DNA of 63,870 nucleotides, counting the filler, from Choristocarpus tenellus KU-1152 (taxonomy: Eukaryota; Protista; Phaeophyceae): assembly GCA_964200185.2 (NCBI GenBank). It is 11 parts of 11 records of this genome, joined end to end, with 100 filler letters (N's around TTAATTAATTAA, not from the genome) between each part and the next. Parts side by side here need not be neighbours in the genome. Positions count along the whole stretch, not along the records: positions 1 to 7,974 come from CAXNAD020005320.1; positions 8,075 to 16,566 come from CAXNAD020004652.1; 9 more parts are not named here. One strand, written 5' to 3'. The first letter of the stretch is position 1. Each line of letters starts with the position of its first letter. The notes under the pieces were generated by a model. It did no database searches, was not told the origin of the DNA, and saw only the letters and a list, made by a program, of their open reading frames with translations. Positions 1-11,900 of the stretch are shown here, piece by piece. The translations under genes and the position numbers were made by a program.

Positions 1-63
1 CCAAGCAATCTCGCTGGGTTTATCACCTTTATCCTCTTTGATGATTTTGGGGATACTTTAACA
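1..63 (+). mobile_element. 3' end of an LTR (Copia family B), inserted in the Gypsy element
   Basis: CAAGCAATCTCGCTGGGTTTATCACC...GATACTTTAACA closely matches 56684-56745, the LTR end preceding a Copia gag; ends in canonical ...ACA. Confidence 0.75.
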
Positions 64-1380
64 CAACTCCTGTGAAGGCCAAACCCAGGGCGTCTCATCC
101 AGAGCAACACAGCTGGGTGGCAGGATTTGTGGACCTACTGGCCGTACTGGGGATGCTGAGGTGGACCCCACAGAACGTCTGGAGCAACCTATCATTGCCT
201 TTGCCCAAGCCTGAGGGGCGGAGGTACTGGCTGGTAACGGATTTCAGCGCGGTGAACTTTGTCTCACAGGTGGTGGAGCTCTCACACCCCAGGGAGGAGT
301 GTGCAGTGCTGATGTCTTCAGACGCCTCTGACAAGCACTGGGGGTGTTTTGTTACACAGACCCCTCAAGTGGAGCTGAATGCAGGCATTGCAGTGGAAAA
401 TATGAGCCATGAGCCGCTGGAATTCCTGAGTAGTTCTTTCAAGGGATCAAAGCTACACTGGGCCGCGGTGAATAAGGTGGTGGTGCGAGTTGTAGCCGTG
501 TCTACGGAGGTGCAGGGAGAGGACACCCTGCCATCAAGAGTGGTGGTGCATGAGGCACAACTAGTGGCCAGCAAGGCCCTAGGGGGTGTGACGGTACATG
601 AAAGCGGAGGATTTATTACCTCTGCTGGCCGTGTACATCATGACCATGATGGCATGATGCAGGTGGGTGCTGAGGTTAGGCCCCACCATGGATACCTGAT
701 ATAGCAAAGGATCTGTGGACACACCTGATGGTGTGTGCACACATGAGCGAAGCTGGGCATCGTTGCAGAGCAGCATTGGTGCAGCAGCTAAAGAGGTTGT
801 GGTTCTATGCAGACAAGGAGCTGAACCAGACCACAGAGATAAAGACAACATTCCAGTACATGCAGAACCAGGGGGAAATTAAAATGTCTGATATTCTGGC
901 AGTGCACAGGGTAGAAGGACATGAATACCAGGTTTTGGTGGATTGGTTGGGCTTAAGTGAGGACAAGAGGACTTGGGAGCCACTCTCCTCCATTTTAGAG
1001 GATGTCCCTATCATTCTATGGAAACAGTTGAAGAAACTGAAGTTGCATGCTCAAGTGCGCAATGCGATTAGGAGGCAGTACAAGATTGACATTTGAGTTG
1101 GATATTGTGTGCTGTTCTTTGTCGAGCTGGCAATTTTTCTACTGCTGGTAACATGCTTGGCTCTGGGGGTGTTGTAGACACAGCATGGAGGGTTTTCCTA
1201 ACATAGCTGAGGCGTTTGCATTATTTGATGTTCGGAGCATGTGTGATCCTTGATTGGATCTATGCTCACTCCTTCAACAAATAACAGAGCTGTAAGCCCC
1301 AATGTGGGGTGGAGTCCTTACATGCTATCATAGATCAGTTCCTGTGGTTGAACTGTCTATAAGTCACACATAACTTTACA
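64..1380 (+). mobile_element. Degenerate, internally deleted Ty3/Gypsy retrotransposon with C-terminal chromodomain and putative 3' LTR (~1173-1380)
   Basis: RT fragment (PKPEGRRYWLVTDFSAVN), RNase H (SDASDKHWG...HEPLEFLSSSFKGSKLHW), chromodomain (YQVLVDWLGLSEDKRTWEPLSSILEDVP, ORF 728-1096); G-rich tract then TGTA...TACA. Confidence 0.8.
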
Positions 1381-2789
1381 AGACCAATAAGAACATGTTT
1401 AAGTGGGGGAACCTTGTGATGGAACAGTTGAAGTTGGAGGTGGTGGAACACTTGACATTGTGGGAAAGGAGGACATCAATTTGGAGTGTGTTCTTGGTGG
1501 TAAACTGGAGACTGTTATCTTCACTGATGTACTCGTGGTGCCTGATCTTGGTGTGAAGTTGTATTCTGCCAAGGCTTGTATGTAAGACGGTCACAGTTTC
1601 TTGTCTGTCGACTCCACTAGAATCTCAACTTTTAGGGACAATGGGGAACGAAATCTCACATTTACGTCATTAATGGGAGAGATATTTATTTTCATTAGGG
1701 AAGATAAGAGTAAGTGTGACGAATTCATCAGACTCTACTACTGCCCCTACCATTGATGCAACAACTGTTTCTGGGAAACCAAGATTACACCTGACTTGGA
1801 ATGCTACTGTGTCAATGGACGTAAATGAGCTGCACGTGCGATTAGGTCATGTACATCAGGGGATGGTCAGGAAACACGCTTTCTGCTCAGAATATTTTGG
1901 CGACTGGGGTTGCTCACTTGGCACGGGTCATCGGCATCCAATTCCAAAGGAGATAGAGAATCGCACTTTGTAAGGGGGGAGCTTGTTTATGTGGACGAGG
2001 CTGGATCGAAGGGAAAACCCAGTAAGGGGAAGGGGCACTAATACGCTCGTTGTTAAAAGCAATACCCAAAACTCATTCGAGTGCAGCCATCCACCACAAA
2101 CATCCAGTTTATCAGGTGCACTTTTTGCATAGTGAGGTTGGTGCATTATGAGAGGTCAATGACAACCAAGAAAGAAATAATAATCAACAATTAACGTACA
2201 ACTGTCATCTTCTGCTGATAAGAAGAAAGAGAAAGAAAACAATAAAAGGGAAACAGCAGAACAACAGAACACGGTTGAATCAATATGTGATGCAACTCAA
2301 GTGACGCATACTATTCCTGTGTGTAGAATGCAGAGCGGCTGTTCTGTAATGTGGTGTTCTGGTGGTAATTGTTGCGGTGGTGATGAACTACTGACAATAA
2401 CAACCAGTTCGTAACGGACCAATCAACATCAGTATTGACTGATGGAACTGTATCGTATCAAGGAAAAAACAAATTTGTACCTTATTATGTTTTAGCATGC
2501 GCGTCAATACAACGGGGTGGTTGAAAGGAGAATTGCGTTGGTGTGGGAGTAGTCACTGGTACTGCAATATGGTGCGAGACTGGAAAGACAATGGGACCTT
2601 GTGGGCGGAGGCGATGTCACACGCCAACGATCTCACCAACATGGCACCAACATCTGCGAATTAAGGCCGGTTGACTCCATGGGAATTGTGACATGGGCGT
2701 ACCAGTGATGTTCGACAAATTCAAGTTTGGGGTAGCCGTGGTTATGCTCATATTGACAACCGACCCACTAAGTCTTTGCTCCGTGCTGA

Positions 2790-3047
2790 GAGTCAAATTA
2801 TCTTAGAGGGTAGGACCTCGTCCATTAGGGTCCAAAATCCAATGTTGCACTTTTATTGTGATTTTGACTATAACGTTTGTTAGGAAATGTGAATATCCTA
2901 GTTCCGGACACACCTTTGCATAACATACACATTTTACCTACTCCGAAACATTTTGGAGTAGGTAAAATGTCATAAAAAACCCGCGGGAAGCCAAGTCCCA
3001 AATAGACAATCAGGGCAAAACTTGTACCCTCTAAGATACTTTCACTC
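2790..3047. mobile_element. MITE (PIF/Harbinger-like, 3-bp TGA TSD) inserted in the Copia integrase C-terminal region
   Basis: 23-bp TIRs (2790-2812 and 3025-3047, 21/23 match), TGA at 2787-2789 and 3048-3050; excision restores the frame LLRAE/LCLMMGIAP. Confidence 0.85.
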
Positions 3048-5237
3048 TGAACTTTGTTTAATGATGGGCATTGCCCCTCGTAACCAATACCCTCCCCATA
3101 CCTATCGGATACTGCTACAAAGATCAGGGAGACTCGTGATGCAAATAGACATCAGTTGGGAGTCTATGTGGGATAGTAATCTGAATGATGACACCCAACA
3201 TCAATCTTCAGGGTTGCCGCTGTGGAAGGGGGAAGAATTTTTACGAGTGACAACTAGTGGGGAAATGAAACCTGAGGATTCTAGTGATGAAAAACCTGGA
3301 ATATTCTTGGAGGGAGAGGTGAAAGGAATTAGCGAGGAGGTAGATTTTGGGGTCAGATACTGCTGAAGAAGTAAAATTGGGGTCTGGATCAAGGGTTTTT
3401 GAACTGATAGATGAGAACTCGGTTAAATCCCCTCTGCAGCAGGGGAGTGGGAGGCTTGGGCTGGGACGGAAGTCACAACCCTCAGAACCTAGGATGCTGT
3501 CTCGGCTTCGCGAGTATAACATGGGACCGTTACTAACTCCTCGGCCACAGCTGAGAATGGCTCGACAAACGGCATACGTGGTAAGACACAAGGTGGAGGA
3601 TATGATTGGCGACGAATTGGGATTGGGATGGCCAGGAGATACTCTGTATAGTGAGTTGCCCCCTGTCCCTACCACCATGAAGGAAGCTCTTGAGTCTAGG
3701 GAATCCAAGTAATCGCTTGAGGCTATATATGCTGAGATTGATGGATTAACCGCTAATGGAACATGGGTGCAGTTTCCTCGTCCAACTCAGGCGAATGTCC
3801 TAAATATGAAGTTCAGTTTTACGAGGAATGTGAATTCAGTGGGATTGGTGGACCGCTGGAAAGCAAGACTGGTGATACAAGGGTTTCGACAACAGGCTCG
3901 TATTGACTGGCATGAAAAGTTCGCACCAACAGCTGAAATGTCAAGCTTACGTATGATCCTTCCACTGCCTGCACGTTTGGGGTGGGACCTAAACATGGCA
4001 GATACAGTAAGGGCTTTCACCAATGAAGAATTAGAGGAAGACCTGTATGTAGAGCAAACAGAGGAGGTGGTGGCTGAATCCGATGGGGCGGCTGGGAAGC
4101 TACAAAAATCATTGTATGGGATTGTCCAAGCATCACGTAATTTGGAATGTCCTGCTAGTGGCATCATTACTGGAGCTGAGACTGGAACAAAGTGAGGCCT
4201 ATCTTTGTTTGTTTAGGAGGGTGTTGGATGGGGTACTGGTACTGATCATGCTCATTTATGTCGATGATATGCTTATGGCCAGCAAGGGGTCTAAGTATGC
4301 CATGGATGTAGTTCAGGGATTAAACAAGAATGTTTCTGTGGAGTACCTTGGGGAGAAGGGGCAGTTCATTCGATGTCGTATCGGCAGGGATTGTGGGAAT
4401 GGGACAGTTTCCATAGACCAAGAGGTTTACGTTGAAAGCTTGGTTGCCAAATTTGGGATAACGCGTAGCTGTGACCTTCCTGGCTGCTGCTACTACTAGA
4501 GAGCCTTTTGAAGAGAGACCAATTGAAGATGGTATCGTGCAATGGTTGGGAGTTTGATGCGGGCATCAATCATGACCAGGGCAGATGTAGCATCAGCTGT
4601 AAGGAGCCTAGCGATGAAGTGTGCAAATCCCACAGTTACGGATTGCAAAGGGCCAGAAAGAGTGATTGCATGTATGTTGAGGACAAGTAGGAGGGGCTTG
4701 ACCTTCGGTGATTTCATTTTGGCTATGCTGATGCAGACTACGCCAATTGTGAGATTCCAAGATTTTCTGTGTCTGGCGGAGTGGTGATGTTTGGGGGTGA
4801 CTGTGTGAGCTCGTGGTCTCGAATGCAAGAGACTGTTACTTTATCTACCACTGAGGCCGAGTATGTGTCGTTCTGTGATATAGCAAAGAGGTATGTTTTA
4901 CAACAAGTCAATTGTTCGTGGAGCCAACTATGAACAGATATTGTGTACGATTGCTCAAAGACAATAGTGGAGCCATCAAGTTGGCAGATAAGACAGCTTC
5001 ATATGGTAGGACAAAACATGTAAATATTTGATACCATTATGTAAGGAACTTGGTGAAGGAGAGGAAGGCAAAGATTGTATACGTAAACACAGATGAACAA
5101 CATGGTGATTTGTTTATGAAGGCTTTGGGCAGTAATATTTTTAAATTCCACTCTAAATCTACCGTGCACCATGACCAAGGGGTAGTGTGCAGATTGAGTT
5201 GATTAGATTCTCACTGCATGGTCAGAGCAGGGGAGTT

Positions 5238-5542
5238 TGTCAAGATTATTCAGATTCGAAGTCATATTGGATGTACGCACAAATGATATTGTGAGACATT
5301 CAGGATATTTCTATGGGGTATTTGATCAGACAAAGCTCCCGTGGAATATTAGGGTAGGAGTGTTTCTGAAGTGTTAATGAGAACTGTCGGGTCATTCGGT
5401 TTCGCGAGTTATTTGCTGTAAGGTTTAGTGAACCCCATCTGATGATGGTGTCTCACTCTCTTCTCAACTCTGATGCAAGCTATTAAATAATAATATATCA
5501 ACTGGTTGTGTGGGACAACAGATCGTCGAGAACAGCTTGGCA
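5238..5542 (+). repeat. 3' LTR of Copia family A
   Basis: Starts TGTC right after the purine tract and ends CA; homologous to 7396-7716. Confidence 0.8.
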
Positions 5543-6610
5543 GGTACGAAACATCATTCATGCTGCACTCTTCAGCGATTGTTTCTAAGGTTGCAAACCC
5601 GTCAGCTCCTTGAGGTACGGCGGTGGAGGAATCAAGAACACTGAGAGGCTGCTCCTTTCCTCACAGCCCCCGATGCACTAACTCCTCCCATAACCCACCA
5701 TCATCCTCGTCACCCGAACTTTCATTGTCTGACTGCTACAAGGGTTCCTCGAGCAGCTGGTCTTTCTTGTCCTGTAGCGTCACATTGGCCACTTCATTGT
5801 TGCCTTCCACACTGATCCACGCTCTCACCGTGTGAATGGAAGCCTGAGACGGTTTTCCGCCAGGTTTGAGGTGCAGAGCGTCAAGAGCATCGGAGAGATC
5901 CTCATTAATAATATAAAGTGACACTTTTTGGAACTTACCTCTACGAGCAAAATGTCCACCCGTGGTACTACGGTACACAGTACAGACATTACAGTACGAC
6001 AGAAACACGCACAAAATTTCAACAAATTCAATCATGATCATCATCAGCAGACAGTGCAGAAAGACATTTCAATCACGATCACAATAAACCTATTTCCAGA
6101 CTGTCAATCCACACGCTGACTCACCTCGACCTGTTTGGCACCCCTCGTAGGCTTGGCGTCAGGCTCCAGCATCTGCGCTTTCTCCACGTGATGGTTGTTG
6201 CCTCCTTCAAATTGTAGTGGATGCTGAGACCAATTCCAAACTTTTGAGTAACTGCAGTTCCCGTCATGGTCTTCAGAAATATCAACACTTCTACCTTCTC
6301 TGCAAAGCTCAATCGTTTACGATTGTCAGCACATCGAGGCTTGTAGGACGCGGCTTACTCCGTAGATTTATTTGGCAGCACCTTCCCTTTGCCCTTGTTC
6401 TTGTTATCGTGGCACTTCGACGCAGAGTTGTCACTGGCTGGAGGACTTGGAGCCTTGAGCTTGGTGGGGCTCACACATAATTTGTACATTAATTTCATTT
6501 TGATGGCACCAAAAAAGGATCCATGACGCCGCAAATGCCATGAAGATAGTCGAAAAAACGCGACACTTACGGTATGGATAGTGTGGTGGACCAGGAGTAC
6601 TACCCTCTAC
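5543..6610 (-). pseudogene. pogo/Tigger (CENP-B-like) transposase remnant with N-terminal HTH and apparent introns
   Basis: RKRLSFAEKVEVLIFL...VTQKFGIGLS (HTH_psq/CENP-B_N-like), then AKPTRGAKQVE|gtgagt donor at 6124; acidic C-terminal remnant 5550-5900; frameshifts and stops. Confidence 0.55.
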
Positions 6611-7395
6611 GTTGCAGCTGGATCCTGCTGCACAGGGCATCGTTATATCTGTACAATGCAGTAATCTAAACACTGAGAATGTTGAGATTAAAGCTACAAT
6701 GGTTTGGATTCAAGATTTACCGTAAGTGGTATCAAGATATTTCAAGTATATCATCAATAATCATCAATAATTTTATCGCTTAGTATACCATACAACTCGT
6801 TAAACCAAAACCAAAGCTAAACCCGCTCAAGACTGACACAAGAAGTAGAACGGGTTGCTCCATGCACTAAAGAAGAAATTCAAATCCTGCTATTGTCTTC
6901 TGTACTTGCCTTGAACCCGAAAGCATGAAACTGATCAGAGTAGCAGGGAAAAAAAAATCTCAACCTCAAGAAGACGGAAAATGTATTCCAAAACAGGACA
7001 TTTTTTGTTGTTGTTTTGAATAAAAAGTGAAGCGTGTCAGAGTAAAACTATAGAGTATCATCCGGCCGTTAATACAATTAATGACACTTGTGGAAAAATA
7101 CAAATGTGTTTGTTTTACTGCAAGAAAATTCTGGAAAAAATAAACACCAGCGGGAGACCAAGGTGGGGATGGTTGGGGTGCACAACAGTACAGTCGTACA
7201 GTTTTCAATGAACAGGTGGGGGCTTTGATCGCACACTTCATCCCCTCCGTCCAGTAGGGTCAGACACGTGTAAGGTAATAATTGCAACTCCAAGCACATA
7301 AAAACAATCTTCAATAAAAAGGTTGATCAATAGAAAGCGGAAGAAAACAAACCTTACGAGAAAAATAGCAAAAAAAGGTGTGAAAAAAAATAATA

Positions 7396-7716
7396 TGTCG
7401 ACATTATGCTTGATCATTTGTGAGAATATGATTTGAAGTATTATTTTATGTATGCACAGAGGATAATGCGGGACATTCGGGATATTTAGGGTTAGGGTAT
7501 TTGACCAGAAGTAATTGGCGGACTGTTAGAGGCGGAGTGTTTCTGATGTGTACTAGAGAACTGTGGAGTCATTTGGTGTTCTGAGTCATTCAATGTAAGG
7601 ACTGGTGAGCCCCACCTAGCGAAGGTATCTCAATCTCTTCTCAACTGTGATACAAGCTAATAAACAATAATATAACTGGTTGTGAGGGACAACAGATCGT
7701 TAAGGACAGCTTAACA
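7396..7716 (+). repeat. Solo LTR of Copia family A (diverged copy)
   Basis: TGTCGACATTAT...CAGCTTAACA is collinear with 5238-5542; no flanking internal domain. Confidence 0.8.
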
Positions 7717-7974
7717 TGCTATAGCACCTCTTTAAGCGTGCTTGCGTAGTTATCATACTTGGATTTTAGCTATCACCGGGAAGGAGTCAACATAAACTAT
7801 AATACCCAGATCAAGATTCGATTCAAGCCTAAACTCCATTGATGACGGAATGGAAGACCGACAATGACCCGAGGGGGGGATGAGAGTTATGATGGGACAT
7901 CAGCTTCGCAAGGGGGCGAGGTTAGGGCTGGGGCTAGAGATACAGTGGCCGTGGGGGCTAGAGATACAGTGGCC

Positions 7975-8074
7975 NNNNNNNNNNNNNNNNNNNNNNNNNN
8001 NNNNNNNNNNNNNNNNNNTTAATTAATTAANNNNNNNNNNNNNNNNNNNNNNNNNNNNNNNNNNNNNNNNNNNN
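7975..8074. other. Artificial contig-joining linker (also 16567-16666, 21093-21192, 26803-26902, 30659-30758, 35388-35487, 40155-40254, 45439-45538, 53319-53418, 59168-59267)
   Basis: Identical 44N + TTAATTAATTAA + 44N, with stop codons in all six frames. Confidence 0.98.
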
Positions 8075-8493
8075 CCCCCCTTCTTACTCACTGTAACTCC
8101 TTGAGTGCATGCAACTCAGTCTTCCAAACAAGGCACCACAGAACATGAAATCAACATATATCAACATGTATCCTGTGAATAATAATAAAAAATGATAAAA
8201 AAGGATGTAATAAAGAACCTCTATAAACTTCGTGTATTCATAGCACACTACTCAATCTCAACTCACAAACATGAACACACATCCATGCAAGAAGACAACC
8301 CCCATTTAATATTATCTAGTCTAATCTAATCTAATCTAATCTAATCTAACCTAACCCCTATAACCCTAACCTTTAAACTCAATCGAACCAGACCAAATCA
8401 ATACACACACGCACGCCTTTGCAAGGCCATTAAAACCAAAAAAAATAAACCAAGGGACACACCAGAGAGAGGACAGACAGACATCACACAAAC

Positions 8494-8880
8494 CTTTGCA
8501 GACTGAACCATGGTAGCAAGAGCATCTCTATCTCTCCCTCCATGAAAGAGACCAACCACAGTAAAGTTGTAATCCATCTGTCTCACACACAAAGGACACC
8601 CACGATACATCATGGGGGGTGTGTGTGTGGGAGGGAGGGGGGGGAAGAGAGAGATTACAGGGGGTGACAGGAAAATAAGAACAAAGATGTTAAGGGTTGT
8701 AAGACTCTAATACTCTAACAGAAGTAATAATAATAATAATGATACCGTGCATGGAGTAATAGCAAAGTCAGAGACAACTACCCGAGCAAAAGCAAACAAA
8801 TGTTTTTTTTAAAAGGATTTTTAAACTTCGAAGGGTTGTAGCTTCACAACTGTGGTTAGTCATCAACTTCCTACTTGTTA

Positions 8881-8920
<40 letters not shown>

Positions 8921-11900
8921 TTTTATCTTTTTATGTTTGGTGAGATGTTACACCTTTCCTTTCCTTGTCAAGACTACTGCTCTACTACCGGTGCTTGAAA
9001 TTTCTTTACCCATCATGAACAAAAAATAAAATATCACTCAATGACAACAAGAAGCAAATATCAGAACAATTTCCACTTAAAAAATAAATCACAAAGAAAC
9101 CAAAAAAGGGTCTTAAGATCAATTCACCAATATCATCAACCATGTAATGACCCTAATCCTAATTCTAACTAAAATTTAAAAAAATAATTACAAATACCCA
9201 GTGCTGCATCTTTTTAAAGCCTCAAGAACACTGAATACCCCCCCCACACACACACACTCCTTCAGCTTGGATACAAATCAAAAACCTAACCCTAGCCCTA
9301 CATAAAAGCTCAATAATAATAATAATAACAATAATATTCTACAATCTACAATCACAATTTCAGATCAAGATTCCTCTACCTTCAACGTGGTATGTATACA
9401 TCTACCTCACTACAAACAATAAAATATAATAATAATAATCTTAATCAACAATAGTCGTAATTTGATCATATACTCTTTCAATCCTTTTATTCAAAAAAAT
9501 CAATGTAATTGCCTCAACATTATTTCAATGCACTGTATTCTAAACCTGTCATCCCACAAAACGTGCCTGCGACTCTCACATATCTATACCAAAACCCTAA
9601 CCCTAACCCTAACCCATCAAGACCATGATGATACTAAACTCAGCTCCTACTCCTCACAAAACACACACCATCATACTCTCCACCTGTCAAGTATGCACCT
9701 CAAAAGTGAAACCATCATCTCAACAAAAAAAAGAGCAATCCAATCCAATCCAATCCAATCTACTAAACCATTGGGGTGGGGGTTCTTGACCCTCTTGAGT
9801 TTCAAGACCCCTTTTGAACCCTACACAATATACACCATATCCATGACTGAAACAGATCCAACCTCCCTCACAATCAGAGGGTTTATTGCTGGAGAAGAAG
9901 ATTACCAGTGGACAAATCAAAATCTTTGAAGTCCAAAAAGCACCCTAATCAAAAAGCACCCTCCCACTGTTGTAGACTTGAAACACACAACACTACACTA
10001 CAGGTCCTGGGTAGGTCCTTAACCTCAAAAAATAACCCCACAACTTAGATGGTGTATGTAACTGTACGTAACTGTATGTAACTGTACGTAACTGTATGTA
10101 ACTGTAGACCATCTACACCACACCATTAAAAAATAAAAATACCCAAAACACCTCCATACACCAGCAGAATTCACAGATACCAACTACCCTTAGACCAAGT
10201 GAATAACACAACTTCTCCCCATCGCCTCCCAATATACTACAACACAAAAAAGGGAATTGCACTTAGCTACGGGGAACACACATCAAGCTCCAGAGCCATA
10301 AAGAAAATTTCCACCATTTCTGCAATTTACTTCTATAATACTCTACACCAGTAACAACAGCAATACACTAATAAATACAAAAAAAAAGAAAAGAAGAATC
10401 ACGTAACCAATAAAAAACATCCTCAACACTAAAATATAAAAAAAAAAATTAAAAAAAAAAAAATTAAACTTTTTTTCCCCCGAACACAAGCCAAACAAGT
10501 AAGCAAGTAAGTGAATAAGTAAATAAGTAAACAATTAAGTAGGTAAGTAAGTAAGGAAGTGAGTGAATAAGTACAAAGTAAGGGTTAGGGTTATTATTAG
10601 GTACAGTGCACTCTTCAAATCAGTCTCACATCAGAGAACTGGTGACCCCATCTTGATGCAGCCATCCACATCTTGGTAATGAGGTCGCAGTCGTGCTTTC
10701 TGGATGCCATGTACAGGACATTCTGTACCGTGAGGGCTGCCTAAAGGTGAAGGAGTACAAATTGTTCACACCAAACCAACCAATCACAAATTTTGTTCAG
10801 GTCACAAGAAAAAAAAAGGGGGGGGGAGGGGGGGTAATAATACTGGCATTATTAAGACTATCAACATCAAAAAATAAAATAAAATAACACTCTTTCCCCA
10901 AAGTTCAAACAGTAAAAGCAACAAAATACTGTAAAAATAAAAATAATAATATGGAGCAAAGAAATCACAAGAGAGGTCCAAAAGAGAAACAATACCAATA
11001 TTAACGTTAATATCAATATCACAATTAATGCAACACAATTCTACTATATTCAAGGCGAGCATATTGCTACTGCTATGCTATCGCTTCTGGGCGGCCACCA
11101 GAGCAAAACTACCCTTTTCTGCAGTCAGGCACACAGCAAACAACCATAGAGAGTAGCAGACCAGATATCAAGTACCCCCCACCAATTCTTCTGTACTCCT
11201 GCTGCAGTAATGACTATCACCAACATCAACGTGTGTGTGGGTCATTAGGGGAGGCATCCACAAGAGTTGTGTGAACAAGGGAGGCATTATTTGAATTATT
11301 TGGTTGGATACATGTAAGGCACAGCCCAACACCTCACGGGGTGTGCATGGCGTGATCACACATCTACTTGCATGAAACAATAGTGTGTGATGCTCCAAAC
11401 TGTTCATTGCTATCATTGTCATTGAATTAATTATAGTGAGACACTATAGTACAGATGGATCACTAAGATGGAACACTCAGATGAAACAGTTCAAAAAGGC
11501 AACACCAATTACTAACAAAACAAGTGACTGCAACACAAGTGCTGCAATAAGGTACAGGTTACAGTACAACCATGTACCTGACAAAAGTACCATCAAAAGG
11601 TACAGTACCAAGTACAGGTAAAAGCAACACAAGCACCATTAAAAGGTATAGTACCAAGTACAACTAAAAGAAACAAAAGTACCATCAAAAGGTACAGTAC
11701 CAAGTACAGCTAAAAGTACAAAACCAAACAGAACTCTTGTGAACAACACAAAAAACGAAACGTAGTGGTAGTAATAAAATAAAAATAAAATAAAGCCAGT
11801 CAATTCTGAAAATAAAAATAAAATTCTCCCCCCCCCCTTCCAAAAAAAAATGAAACCAAAGAGAAAACATCCCAATTTCTTCCATCAACATCACTGTTAT

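Larger units (their letters stand above)
1381..5542 (+). mobile_element. Degenerate Ty1/Copia retrotransposon (family A): protease, integrase, RT, RNase H, 3' LTR
   Basis: PR region (VEVGGGGTLDIVG...DVLVVPDLGVKLYS), pre-integrase LHVRLGH, QYNGVVER, RT (WKARLVIQGFRQ, LQKSLYG, YVDDML), RNase H (LSTTEAEY), purine tract 5224-5235; many stops and frameshifts. Confidence 0.9.
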
